Below are positions 1 to 13,289 of a stretch of DNA of 64,000 nucleotides, piece after piece. The notes beneath the pieces are model-generated. The model did not search any database, was not told the DNA's origin, and worked only from the letters and a program-made list of their open reading frames with translations. The stretch lies in NCBI RefSeq assembly GCF_009914755.1, contig NC_060928.1. One strand, given 5' to 3'. A program made the position numbers and the translations under genes. Numbering within the stretch: the first letter of the stretch is position 1; every line of letters begins with the position of its first letter. This DNA is from the human T2T-CHM13v2.0 reference genome, Homo sapiens.

Positions 1-500
1 TCCTAAGAAGAAAATGGAATAAAATATTATAAGTACTAAAAGCAAATAACTATTAACCTAGTAAAAATATTCTTTAGAAATGAAGAAGGCAGAAACATGT
101 TTTCAGACAAATAAACCTGTCCATTTACTATCAGAAGACCTCCTATAAAAGAAGTGTTAAGTGCTAAATGGAGTTATACATGAAGAAAAAAAATGATCAT
201 GAAGCAAATATATAAATGTAAGTAGGAATAAAGATCGCTAGAAAGAGTAAAAATGGGAATATTTACAAATTATTATTTACTGACAATGCAATGATAGTAA
301 TGTCTTATGGAGTTAAAATAAGAGAATTAAAATTCATGAAAACAATAATGCAAAAATGACATGGAACAAATAAAGTTAAGGTTTTAAATACAATAATCTT
401 CATTAGATTCTAATAAGGGAAGAAAGCATGTTTAATTCCAAAGGTAACCCATAGAGTACATAACTAACATAAGGGCAAATAAAGTTAGAAAAATATTTAA
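1..500 (+). mobile_element. Ancient L1M fragment (ORF1 3' end and spacer)
   Basis: Degenerate match to L1 ORF1 C-terminal motifs (aatgaagaaggcagaaacatgttttcagacaaataaaa, cagaagacctcctataaaagaa). A-rich strand bias. Boundaries approximate. Confidence 0.5.
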
Positions 501-3500
501 TTCAAAGCAAATCACATCTTAGCACATTATGACAAATCATCATTTTAATAAGTCTAAAATATGTTTTAAATAGAATAATTTCAAAAATGTAAAACAAAAC
601 CATTGAATGAGTCAGTGCTTATGGTTCACTATGATAATAAAGATATATTCACAGATTTATTTTAGTCTCATTTTGTTGTAAAAGGATTTAACATATTCAC
701 TAAAATTTAGAAACTGGTGTATAATTTTGTAATTCTCTTGAACTTCAAAGGTTCTTGGCACCAGCTGTCACTATTTGATCAATATACTAATTGCCTAATA
801 GAACACAGACTGTTTAGGAATGTAGGAATACTGCAACAAGCACAGAGGCCCTGGGTTTGACTAATCTCTCACATTTTAATTCTTGCCAAGGAAATATTAA
901 TAATCTTTGCTCATATGATTTTGATATGCATTGCAATCAGTACTTTTCAGTGAAATAACTACTTCTGTTTCTGCCCTGTATAGAATATTTGATTCATCAA
1001 CATAATATCTATTCTAAAAATCTACCAGAATTACAATTCGTGGCCAAAATTTATGTTGGTATCCTTCATGTTTTCTCTCTGGTGTCTTTTAAAATACCTA
1101 ATTTTTAAAAAGCTATTAATTTTACTATTGTCTATATATAAAGAGTATTATGACTCTATTATAATTTACATGTGGAATTATTTCTAAAAATTCTCTAAAT
1201 ATTCATGTAGATAATTTAATTTGAGCTATTATGTAAAATCACTTTATTTAGATTAGCTATTACCTTTGCTGATGAACTCTGAAAATCTTAAAGCTAAATT
1301 TGTAACTCATGCAATTAACTACTTGAGAGTATTAAATATATTGTATACATTGTTGTACTTCCTGCCTTCCCACTTCTTCATAGCTTGCATCAATTTCTGT
1401 ATCTGGTACATACTCAATAAATATTTGTTCACTGGATGAATACAATAATTTAAATCAAAATGTAAATTGTCACAACGTCTTTGTAGAACAAATCTACATC
1501 TCCAAATGTAACACAGTCAGTCTTTTCCCTGGAGATGTCTCTTCCACGTATTATCTGATGTGGTAAACCATTCATAGCAGCTATTGCTAGAGGTAGCAGT
1601 TCCATTTTAAATTATATACTAATTGCATTAAAATGATTTAAGAAAAAAATGTTAAGTGCCTTTGCAAATGTTATTTTTATTTATATATTTAAGAGGCATC
1701 GAGGGAAGCTTAATTTTCTCTATCTAGAAAGTTTTTCATTTTCTTATCTATCCATAGTATCCAATAAATCATAATTTTCCTTTCTTAAATCACACCGAGG
1801 GATATTATTGTTATCTTTTTCCCTTAACTCCTTTACCTTCTAAGCCTGTTGGTCACTTATAAAACATTGACTAGGATTGTCAATTGTAATGTCAATATGT
1901 GTCATCCCAACGTATTGTAAACCCTTTGAGTAGAGGTAAAAATCAATTTTGAACATAATAGGTGTTCAATTAAAATAACATTTTCGGTTGGATTACAAAA
2001 CTTTGATTAATCTAAGAACTAATACGTGACACAAACTGTCAACTATCAGGAGTAACTTGAAGATAGAGTAAAAAGTTATATTTAACCTCCAAATAATGTA
2101 ATTCAAAAGGAGGCTTAGTTTTTAGGAACAAAAATAAAATATATTGGAAAATGAATCTACTTACTAATCCTTCATATACAGTAAACTGCTAAAATATTGT
2201 GAAACCTCTAACCTATTCCATTTAGTTGTTGACATTTTCTGGGGAGAGATATCAGATCTGATCATCAAGCACATAGTTGCTAAGCAACTGATCCATAAGA
2301 TGGAAGTAAAGTGCTGTGTTCATAGGCATTGTAGAATGTGACTGCCCTTAAATTATTCCAGTAATAAAATTATACAGAAATACAAAAATACAGGATAAAG
2401 TACTGAGCCCTCAAATGCTAAACTAAAATTACTAACCTTTGAAAAGCTAATTACTGTAGCACAGAAATCAGTACATAATCACTTTGCCCATTTCAGAGGA
2501 GATATTTTCACTTCACAAGTACTTCACCTGTAATGGGAGTATTCAAAAAGCAATCTAAGAAGGATATGCTGTTTAAAAGGAAATAAAAATTTTCATTTCC
2601 TTCTCTGTCTCTATATTTTCAATTCATGTACTGAAGTTGATGGTTAAAATTGAATTAAATGTCAAGTTATTATCACTGTCATTTCTAATTTGGGTGACTT
2701 AAAACTTTCATATATGATAGAACAAATTTTTTAAAGAAGTGAGAACTAAAAAGTATATTAGTCACATCAGATGGGTTATCACACCCACAGAGTACCTTTT
2801 ACTAACTAGTTGCAATTAATTTTAGTAATAATCATACAGTTTAGTAGAGGAGCAAGAGCTATGTTCGCATGAACAGAACAAAAAAATAACAAGTAGGAGA
2901 ATTTCTTAATTGTCTAATAGAGACTATATGTAAAAATGGATTCTGCAGTATAAAACATAGCAGCGTTAATATTCAGTAGTAATTGCCATGTATGTAAGAA
3001 AAATCACTAGCACACACAGTCCCTTGATTTAGGGCAAAAAATAGATGTTTTAAATTCATGCCCAGAGAGTAAACTCTCAAAATCTTGAGACATATTCTCC
3101 TTCCTTCCTTGTTATAAATTTTAAAGAGACACAGATGGTAACCCACTACAAATTTATGACAGCCTAAAATAATCTAGCCAAGCGTTAGCAAATGGTTATA
3201 AATGTCATGATTTGTTTCTGCTTTCAGATTTACCCCAGAGCATTCTACACACATATGTTCAATATATAACACATAGCAAACTTCAAAGGAAAATGAACAT
3301 GAATTGTACTCTTCCATTTTCTTCCCTTCATAAAGAGGGCAATTTAAAAATGTTTATTTTTACTATGATTCATTGATGGCTTCAAAAGTAACCATTTTGC
3401 TATGGATAGAGTCACATATTTCTTCATAAAACATGGTAATGAAAGGTGAGAGTAAGTAAAAATATTTTTTATACTAAATTTATAAACTATCTTCATGGAA

Positions 3501-3590
3501 AGTTTTCTGAAACATTAAGAAAAAAGCTAAATTAACTATACAATTTATTTTAGAAACTCACTACTTGAACACTTAACATAGTCAAAGGTC

Positions 3591-3899
<309 letters not shown>

Positions 3900-4384
3900 T
3901 TACAAGTTCTCTTGTTGTGTTCTGGATCTTAGTGGAAAGGCTTTCAATTTGGCTCCATTCAGAATGATACTAGCTGTATGTCCGTGTACATGGCTTTCAT
4001 TATGTTGAGGTATGTTCCTTCCATACACAGTTTTTTGAGAGTTTTTACCTTTAAGATATACTGAAACATATCAAATGCTTTTTCTGCATCATTTGATATA
4101 ATCATATGGTTTTCATCCTTCATTCTGTTGATATGATGTATCACATTGATTTATTTGTGAATGTTGAACCATCATTGCATCCCTGGGATAAATCTTACAT
4201 AGTCATGATGAATAATCTTTTAAATATGTTGTTAAATTTGGTTTGCACGTATTTTGTTGAGGATTTTTGCATCAATATTTATCAAGGATATTAGCCTGTA
4301 GCTTACTTTTTCTGATGCATCTTTGTCTGGTTTTGGTATCAGGGTAATACTGGCTTTGTTGAATGAGTTTGGAAGTATTCCTTC

Positions 4385-6658
4385 TATATTAGTTCATTTT
4401 CATGCTGCTGATAAAGACATACCAAAGACTGGGAAGAGGAAGACGTTTAATTTGACTTACAGTTCCACATGGCTGGCGAGGCCTCAGAATCATGGTGGGA
4501 GGTGAAAGGCACTTTGTACATGGTGGTGGCAAGACAAAATGAGGAAGATGCAAAAGCAGAAACACCTGATAAAACCATCAGATCTCGTGAGACTTATTCA
4601 CTATCATGAGAACAGTATGGGGGATACTGAATGTGCCCCCATGATTCAAATTATCTCCCACTGGGTTCCTCCCACAACACATAGGAATTATGGGAGTACA
4701 ATTCAAGATGAGATTTGGGTGGAAACACACAGCCAAATCATGTCATTCCACCCCTGGCCTCTCCAGATCTCATGTCCTCATATTTCAAAATCAAACATGC
4801 CTTACCAACAGTCCCCCCAAGTGTTAAACTCATTTCAGCATTAACCCAAAAGTCCAGTCCAAAGTCTCATCTGAAACAAGGCAAGCTCCTTCCACCTATG
4901 ACCCTGTAAAATCAAAAGCAAGGTAGTTACTTTCTAGATACAATGTGAGTACAGGTATTTGGTAAATACAGCCATTCCAAATGGGAGAAATTGGCCAAAA
5001 CAAAGTGATTACAGGGCCCATATAAGTCTGAAATGCAGTGGGCATTCAAATCTTAAAGCTCCAAAATGATCTTTTTTGATTCTAGGTCTCATATCCAGGT
5101 CATACTGATGCAAGAGGTGGGTTCCCATGCACTTGGGCAGCTCTGACCCTGTGGCTTTGCAGGGTACAGCCTCCCTCCCAGCTGCTTTCACAGGCTGGTG
5201 TTGAGTGTCTGCAGCTTTTCCAAGCAAACAGTGCAAGCTGTCAGTGGATCTACCATTCTGGGGCCTGGAGGATAGTGGCCCTCTTATAGCTCCACTAGGT
5301 GGGGGCCTGGTAGAGACTGATACCACATTTCCCTTCTGCACTACCCTAGCAGAGGTTCTACATGAGGGCCTCGCTCCTGCAGCAAACTTCTGCCTGATCA
5401 TCCAGGCATTTCCATACATCTTCTGAAATCTAGCTGGAGGTTCCCAAACTTCAATTCTTGGCTTCTGTTCACTCACAGGCTCAACATCACGTGGAAGCTG
5501 CCAACGCCTGGGGCCTGCACCCTCTGAAGCCATGGCCTGAGCTCTACACTGGTCCCTTTCAGCCATGGCTGGAGTGACTGGGAAGCAGGGCCCCAACTCC
5601 CTAGGCAGCACACAGCAGGGGGACCCTGGGCCCAGCACACAAAACCATTTTTTTCTCATCAGCCTCTGGGCCTGTGACGTCAGGGGCTGCCATAAAGACC
5701 TCTGAACTGCCCTGGAGACATTTTCCCCAGTGTCTTGGTGATTAACATTATGCTCCTCATTGCTTATGCAAATTTCTGTAGCCAGCTTGAATTTCTCCTC
5801 AGAAAATGGGATTTTCTTTTCTATCACATTGTCAGGCTGCAAATTTCTGGACTTTCATGCTCTTCTTCCCTTATAAAGCTGAATACCTTTAACTGCACCC
5901 AAGCCACCTCTTGAATGCTTTGCTGCTTAGAAATTTCTTCCACCAGATACCCTAAATCAACTCTCTCAAGTTCAAAGTTCCACAAATCTCTCAGGCAGGG
6001 ACAAAATGCCACCAGTCTCTTTGCTAAAATATAGTAAGAGTCACTGTTGCTCCAGTTCCCAACAAATTCCTTATCTCCATCTGAGACCACCTCAGCCCAG
6101 GTTTCGTTGTCTATATTGTAATCAGCATTTTGGTCAAAGCAATTCAACAAGTCTCTAGGAAGTTCCACACTTTCCCACATTTTCCTTTCTTCTTTTGAGC
6201 CCTCCAAACTATTCCAACCTCTGCCTGTTACCCAGTTCCAATGCTGCTTCCACATTTTTGGGTATCTTTTCAGCAGCACCCACTCTACTGGTACCAATTT
6301 ACTGTATTAGCTAATTTTCCCACTGCTGATAAAGACATACCTGAGACTGGGAAGAAAAAGAGCTGTAATTGGACTGACAGTTCCACATGGCTGGGGAGGC
6401 CTCAGAATCATGGTGGGAGGTGAAAGGCACTTCTTGCATGGTGGCGGCAAGAGAAAATGAAGAAGATGCAAAAGCAGAAACCCCTAATAAAACCATCAGA
6501 TCTTATGAGACATATTCACTAGCATGAGAACATTATGAGGAAAACTGCCCCCCATGATTCAGATGAACTCCCACTGGGTCCCTCCCACAACACATGGGAA
6601 TTATGGGAGTACAATTCAAGATGAGATTTGGGAGGGGCCATAGAGCCAAACCATATCA
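4385..6658 (-). mobile_element. Full-length THE1 (THE1A-like) MaLR element: LTRs 4385-4745 and 6303-6658 with internal region
   Basis: Two ~360-bp LTRs with THE1 termini (minus strand TGATATGGTTTGGC...TAATACA) and ~1.56 kb internal sequence. 5-bp TSD ccttc/tcttc. Confidence 0.95.
5009..6297 (-). pseudogene. THE1 internal ORF in two overlapping frames (157 aa + 277 aa)
   Basis: ORF track 5824-6297 and 5009-5842 overlap. Typical THE1-int peptides (GRGWNSLEGSKEERKMWES, RDLWNFELER, QPDNVIEKK). Confidence 0.8.
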
Positions 6659-7217
6659 TCTTCTTTCTATTTTTTCAGAAGAATAATTTGAGTAGAATAG
6701 GCATTAGTTCTTTTTTAAATATTTGATAAAATTCAGCAATGAAGTCATCAGGTCCCAGGTTTTTCTTTACAGGGAGATTTTTATCACAACTCTGATCTCA
6801 TTATTTGTTATTGGCCAGTTCTGGTGTGAGAGTTCTTCATATTTCAAACTTGCTAAGTTGTATGTGTCTAAGAATGTGTCCATGTATTCTAGGCTTTCCA
6901 GTTTATTGATACATAGTTGCTCATAGTAGCCTCTAGGGATCCTTTGAATTTCTGTTGTATTGGTTGTAATAACTCCTTTTTCATCCCTGATGTAAGTTTT
7001 GGGGTCTTCTCTCTTTTTTTCTTCATTAGTCTGGCCAAAGATTTGTTGATTTTTTAAATTGTTTATTTTAAGACAACTTTATGTTTCAGTGAACTTTATA
7101 TTGTTTTCTTCATCTCCATTTCATTTATTTCTGCTCTGATCTTTATTATGTCTTTCTTCTACTAATTTGAGGTTTGGCTTGCTGTTGCTTTTTCAGTTCT
7201 TTAAAAGGTATTATTAG

Positions 7218-7567
<350 letters not shown>

Positions 7568-8364
7568 TCTACTTTTTCAATGCAGGAGTTTATAGCTGTA
7601 AACTCTCCTCTTAGTACTGCTTTCACTGTATCCTATAGGTTTTTGTATGTTGTGTTTCTATTATCATTTGATTCAAGTAATTTTTAAATTTTTTTCTTAA
7701 TTTCTTCTTTGATCCAGTGTTTCTTCAGGAGCATATTATTTAACTTCCATGTATTTGTATAATTCCCAAAATTCCTATTTTTACTCATTTTTAATTGTAT
7801 TCCCTTATGATCGAGAATATGACTGATATTATTTCAAACTTTTTGAGTATTTCAGGACTTGTTTTGTTGCCTAACATGTCATTTATCCTTGAGAATAATT
7901 TATGTACTGAGGAGAAGAGTGTATTCTGCAGCTGTTGGATGAAACTTTTTATAAAATCTATTATATCTATTTGGACTATAGTGCATATTACGTCTGATTT
8001 TTGTTGTTGTTGTTGATTTTCTGTCTGGATGATCTGCCAATGCTGAAAATGGGATTTTGAAGTCTTCAGATATTACTGTATTGGAATCTGTCTCCCAAAC
8101 TCTAACTAATAATATTTGCCTTATATATCTGGGAGCTCCAGTGTTGGGTGCATATGTATTTATAATTGTTATAAATTTTTGTTGAATCGACCCCTTTATG
8201 ATGACCTATATGATGACCTTCTTTGTCTCTTTTTATAGTTTTTGCTTTGAAATCTATTTTGTCTGATATGAGTATAGCTACCCCTGCTCTTTGGTTTCCA
8301 CTTTTTTGAAATACCTTTTTCCATCCCTTTTTGTTAAGTCCATGTGTATCTTTATAGATGAAGT

Positions 8365-8973
8365 TGATATAGGAGTTAAGAAGCCACTTAAGCATATAGT
8401 AAGGGTATGGGGGTCCTCAGTAAAGCTTTTCTTTTTAATGAAAATCAGCCCCAAATAATTTTCTAACAAAGAGCATCCTGTAAAGTCAAGCTGCAGACAT
8501 AGACAAGCAAGCTGGGAGCTTGAACAGGTGAATGTAAACAGGAACTAGGTACTAGACATGTTCAAGATGGTGGCTTCATCTTCCTTTCTCTGCAGGCCAC
8601 GTGTAAAGTAAGGAGCAGAAAAGATGGTGCCAGTCAAGGGGAGAATTCATTTGCATAATAAGATCAGGGTGGGGTGACCAGCCTTCCTTGCACACTACAT
8701 AAACGTCACACCTGATTGAATCAATCTGTGAGCCCTGAGTAAATCAGACACCACATCTTCAAGCTGGACTATAAAATCCAGAGCACCCACCACCAGCCTG
8801 TCTTTCCCCTCAGAAGTATTTTCTCTTACAATAGAGAGAAAGCTGTTTTTCTTTTTCTTTATTCTGTCTATTAAACCTCTGCTCCTAAACTCTCATGTGT
8901 GTCCATGTCCTAAATTTATCTGGTGCGAGATGACGAATCCCAGGTATATACCCCAGAGAATGTGGCCACTTCA
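8365..8973 (+). mobile_element. ERV1 LTR (MER50-like, MER4 group)
   Basis: TG...CA termini, TATA (ctataaaa ~8770), attaaa signal ~8870, octamer atttgcat 8649-8656. The start tgatataggagttaagaag...agtaagggtatggg resembles MER50 from memory. Confidence 0.75.
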
Positions 8974-9164
8974 TATAGGGGACATTGTCCAGGATGCCAA
9001 GGTAGACATCAAAACAGTGAGTAGAGGAGCAGACTCCAACTCTGTTCTTTAGTGTTAGGGCTCTCAGCCTCCATTTTAGGACCAAATCAAATCAATAATG
9101 GGCATCCATCAGCCAGTTAAAAACACAGTTAATGTGGCTGCCATTCTCAAACACTCTTGGGTGT
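8974..9164 (+). mobile_element. Start of ERV internal region with degenerate tRNA-Pro primer-binding site
   Basis: taggggacattgtccaggat (8976-8995) immediately after the LTR resembles PBS-Pro TGGGGGCTCGTCCGGGAT. Confidence 0.6.
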
Positions 9165-9726
9165 TGATGATTAAATGTCTTGACATAGTCTTCTTTGAGT
9201 TAAATATGCTTGGTGTTCTGTAACCTTATTGTACTTGAATATTGATATATTTCACTAGATTTTGGAGTTTCTCTGTTATTATCCCTTCAAATAAATTTTC
9301 TACCCCTATTTGTCTCTCTACCTCCTCTTTAAAGGCAGTAACTCTTAGATTTGCTCGTTTGAGGCTATTTTCTGGATCTTGTAGGCAAGATTCATTCTTT
9401 TTTTGCTTTTTTGTGTTTTTTGACTGTTTATTTTCAAATAGCCTGTCTTCAAGCTCACTAGCTATTTCTTCTGCTTGATAAATTATTCTGCTTAGAGACT
9501 GAATTCTTCAGTGTGTCAGTTACACTTTTCAACTCCAGAATTTATGCTTGATTCTTTTTAACTATTTCAGTGCTTTATTAAATTCACCTGATAGGATTCT
9601 GAATTTTTTCTCTATGTTATCTTGAATTTCATTAAGTTTTCTTAAAAGTTACTTTGAATTCTGTCTGAAAGAACACATATCTCTGTCTCTCCAAGACTGG
9701 TTCTTGGTGCTTCGTTAGTTTGTTTG

Positions 9727-9850
9727 GAAATAACATTCCCAGTAGGAAGGGAAACAGTTTCTCTTGACAACCCTAATTGGAACCCCAATGACGCTACAGA
9801 TAAATGGAAAAGGAAACATTTTTTAATGTGCATATTGGAGGCCTATGAAG
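9727..9850 (+). pseudogene. Isolated ERV1 gag (capsid) fragment
   Basis: Translates as EITFPVGRETVSLDNPNWNPNDATDKWKRKHFLMCILE, similar to the HERV-W/HERV9-type capsid segment FPTGQQAVPSxDPHWD...W.R.HLLTCVLEGL. Confidence 0.7.
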
Positions 9851-9870
9851 AAGGCCCTGTTTTCTTTTCC

Positions 9871-10164
9871 TTTTTTTTTTTTTTTTGAGACACAGTCTCA
9901 CTCTGTTGCCCAGACTGGAGTGCAGTGGCACAATCCCGGCTCATGGCAACCTGTCTCCCAGGTTCAAGCAATTCTTGTGCCTCTGGAGACAGAGGCACAA
10001 GAATTAGGCACATACCCCCATGTCTGACTAATTTTTTTATTTTTAGTAGAGGTGGGGTTCTGCCATGTTGGCCAGGCTGGTCTCAGACTCCTGATCTCAA
10101 GTGATCCACCCACCTTAGTCTCCCAGTGTGCTGGGATTACAGGCATGAGCCACTGTACCCAGCC
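9871..10164 (-). mobile_element. Older Alu (AluS/J) with an internal fold-back
   Basis: Dimeric Alu with poly-T at 9871-9886 and decayed CpGs. No clear TSD. Confidence 0.92.
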
Positions 10165-13075
10165 TCTGAATGGTCTTGTTGCTTGTGGGTGTTTGTTAGT
10201 GTCCAGGCTTTGAATACTTAAGTATTTTTTGTAGTCTTCACAGTCTGGGCCTATTTATACCAGTGTTTCTTGGGAAAACTTTCCAAGTATTAGGAGGCAG
10301 AGACTTGGGTGTTGTTTGGGTGTTTTTCCAAGTATTAGAAGGCAGGGACTTGGCCTAAGTTTTTAGTGTCTGTCCTGTATCTGCATTAGGAGGCACCCCA
10401 AGCCCAAGTAATTCTGCGCTTCCTGGAGATTCATAGAGGTACTGCCATGGTGGCCTTGAATAATGTCCAGAAGTATTCTGTATGACCAGATAGAGACTCT
10501 TGTTCATTTCCCTTACTTTCTCCCAAACAAATGAATTCTCTCTCTGTGCTGAGCTGCCTAGAACTGAGGAAGGGGTGACACAAGCACCTCTGTGGCCACC
10601 AGTAATAGGACTGCACTGAGTCAGACCTGAGACCAGCAGAGCCCTGGGTCTTGCCCATGGCCTATGATAACCACTGCCTGGCTATGGCCTATGCTTGTTC
10701 AAGCCCCTAAGGCTCTACAATCAGCAGGTATTAAAGCCAGCCAGACATTTCTCCTTCCCTTCAGAGCAGTGAGTTCCCACTGGCTCCAGGCAGGTTCAGA
10801 GATGCTGTCCAAGAACCAGGACCTGGAGTCAGAAACCTTAGGAATATACCTGATCCTCTATTCTACAGTGGTTGAACTGGCACTCAAGCCACAAGACAAA
10901 GTCCTCCCACTCTTCCCTCCCCTTTCCACAAGCAGAGGAGTCTCTTCCATGGCTACCACTGTCCCAGGCCTTCAGCAAGCACTGCCAAGTTACCTTCAAT
11001 ATTCACTCAAGGCTGAAAGGCTCTCCTGTCAGCTTGTGGTAAATGCTGCCAGTTATGGGAATCACCATTCAGGGCAGTGGGCTCTGCTCTGGTTCAGGGT
11101 AGGTCCAAAAATGCTATCTAAAAGCCCAGACCTAAAACTGGGGACTCCAAGAGCCCATTTGGTGCTATACCCCACTTTGGCCAAGCTGGTACCTAAGCTG
11201 CAAGAAGGAGTCTCTCCCTATAGCCACTGCAGCTGAGAATGTGCTGGACCACACCTGAAGCCAGTATATCTCTAAGTTTTACCCAAGGCAGACAGTAAGT
11301 ACTACCTAGTTATTCTGGTTGAATACCCAGGTATTCAGGGTCCAAGGACCCCTTTGTCAGCAAGTGATGAATCCTGCCTGGACTGGGTTCTTCCCTTCAA
11401 AGCAACTGGTTCCTTTTTGGCTAACAGTGTGTGTAGAGATGTCTTCTGGGAGCTAGAGTCTAGAATGGGGGTCTCAGGACTATGCCTGGTGCCCTATCAT
11501 ACTGTGGCTGAGCTGGTATCCAAGATGCATGACAAAGTCATGTTTACTCATCGCTCTTCTTTTCTAAAGCAGAAAGAAGAAGTCTCTTTTGGAGCTGCAA
11601 GCCAGACTGCCTGGGGTTTGGGGAGAGGTGATGCAAGCACTCCCTTAGCTGCCTGGCTGGTTTCTCACTAAGTCATGTGCCCCCTAAGCCCACTGGCTCC
11701 AAGCCCAGCAGAGCACCAGGTCTTGCCCAGGAATTGCAGCCTTTAAGGCCTGGACTGCCTTTTAAGTCTATTTTGGACCCAAGAGCCCTTTAACCTGCAG
11801 TGGCAGCAAGGATTGCCAAAACTCTGGTTCCGACCACTGGGATGGGTGATTCCCCTCCAGCTAAGGCTGTTCTAAATGCTCCCTCTATGGGTACCCACTG
11901 ATTTCTGCCTGGTGTTGCTTTTCATTGTGACAGGGCAGCACTGAGTTTCAATGCAAAGCCCCACAGTCACTGTGCTCTCCCTCCCTTAAGTACACAGATT
12001 CTCTGTGCCACATGGTCACTGCCAGGGTAGTGGGGAGGAGGTGGTGTCAGCAATTCAGGACTGTCTTTCTACTCTTTTCAGTGCTTCTTTCTGTGATATA
12101 AAGTTAAAACCAGGTATTTTGATCACTCACCCTTTTTTGGTTCCTATGAAGGTGTTTATTAGTGTATATAGTTGCTCAATTTGGTGTTCCTGTTGGGAGA
12201 ATGATCAGTGGAGGCTTCTATTTGGACAACTTGCTCTGCCTCTCTTCCCCTGTATAGTCACTCTTATTTAAAAGTTTCCCATTTATTTATTTAATTAATT
12301 GATATGCAATTTGTAAATAAAGTTAACTAAACTGGATGAAAAGCAACTGAATGTTACAATCAAAATTTGTACTTTAAAGTTTATAAAATCATGTGTGCAG
12401 TTTGCACTGCTCCACAAATACACACGCATAATTATGTAATCCATCTAAATTATACTTAATTTTACCTTGGATACTAAAAATTTCTCCAGTATTAATGCTA
12501 AAAATTTTTCCAATATGGCTAACTTATTTCACATGGGTAGTTCTCTCTCTGTGAACCCATGAGGCTAAAGGACAGGAAATTCTTGCCAAAATGGTTAGTC
12601 AGTAACTAACTATAGAAATAAAAACAGTTGGTCAGACTTTTCTAAACCATGATATTAATGAGTCATTTTGTCTGACTTTATCTGAGAGCTGTTAACTGTT
12701 AATGGCCCATATGTAACTGAATAAAGTTGGAGTCTATAAGTTGCTTAAAGATAGAACAAAAATTATTTTTAGAAATCTGTTACTGATGCAGTCAAAATTA
12801 TTTTTATAATCTTGCATTACTTACGAGATAGAGTTCCATTTCAGATAATGAAAACTACAAATTGAACATTGTCAATAATCTGTTGTTAATAATGGACACA
12901 TTAGTCAGGCATATGTGTATTAGTATCATGTTAGTATCAGCTGAATACGTTCAGTTCCTATCTTATACTTTGCAGAGTAACAGATAAAGGGCAATTGAGA
13001 AAAAATAAAGAGGTTATATTCAGTAGAATTTTTTTGTAATCTAAATTAAACTTGAGATTGAGGCTACAGCATGAA

Positions 13076-13289
13076 CAGGAGTTGACAAACTTTTTCTGTA
13101 AAGGGTCAATAGCAAATATTTTAGGTTTTGTATACCTAAAATATTCTATCTAAACTACTCGTGTGCTTTTGGTAAAAGAGCCGTAGAAAATGCAAAAAGG
13201 AATGAGCATAGAAGAATTACAATTAAACTTTACTTACACAACAGGTGGTCATTTAGATTTGAACTGATTCCTTAGTTTGCTGATTCCTT
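13076..13289 (+). mobile_element. MER58A hAT-Charlie DNA transposon (non-autonomous)
   Basis: caggagttgacaaactttttctgtaaagggtc...tagtttgctgattcct matches MER58A termini and body. Confidence 0.8.
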
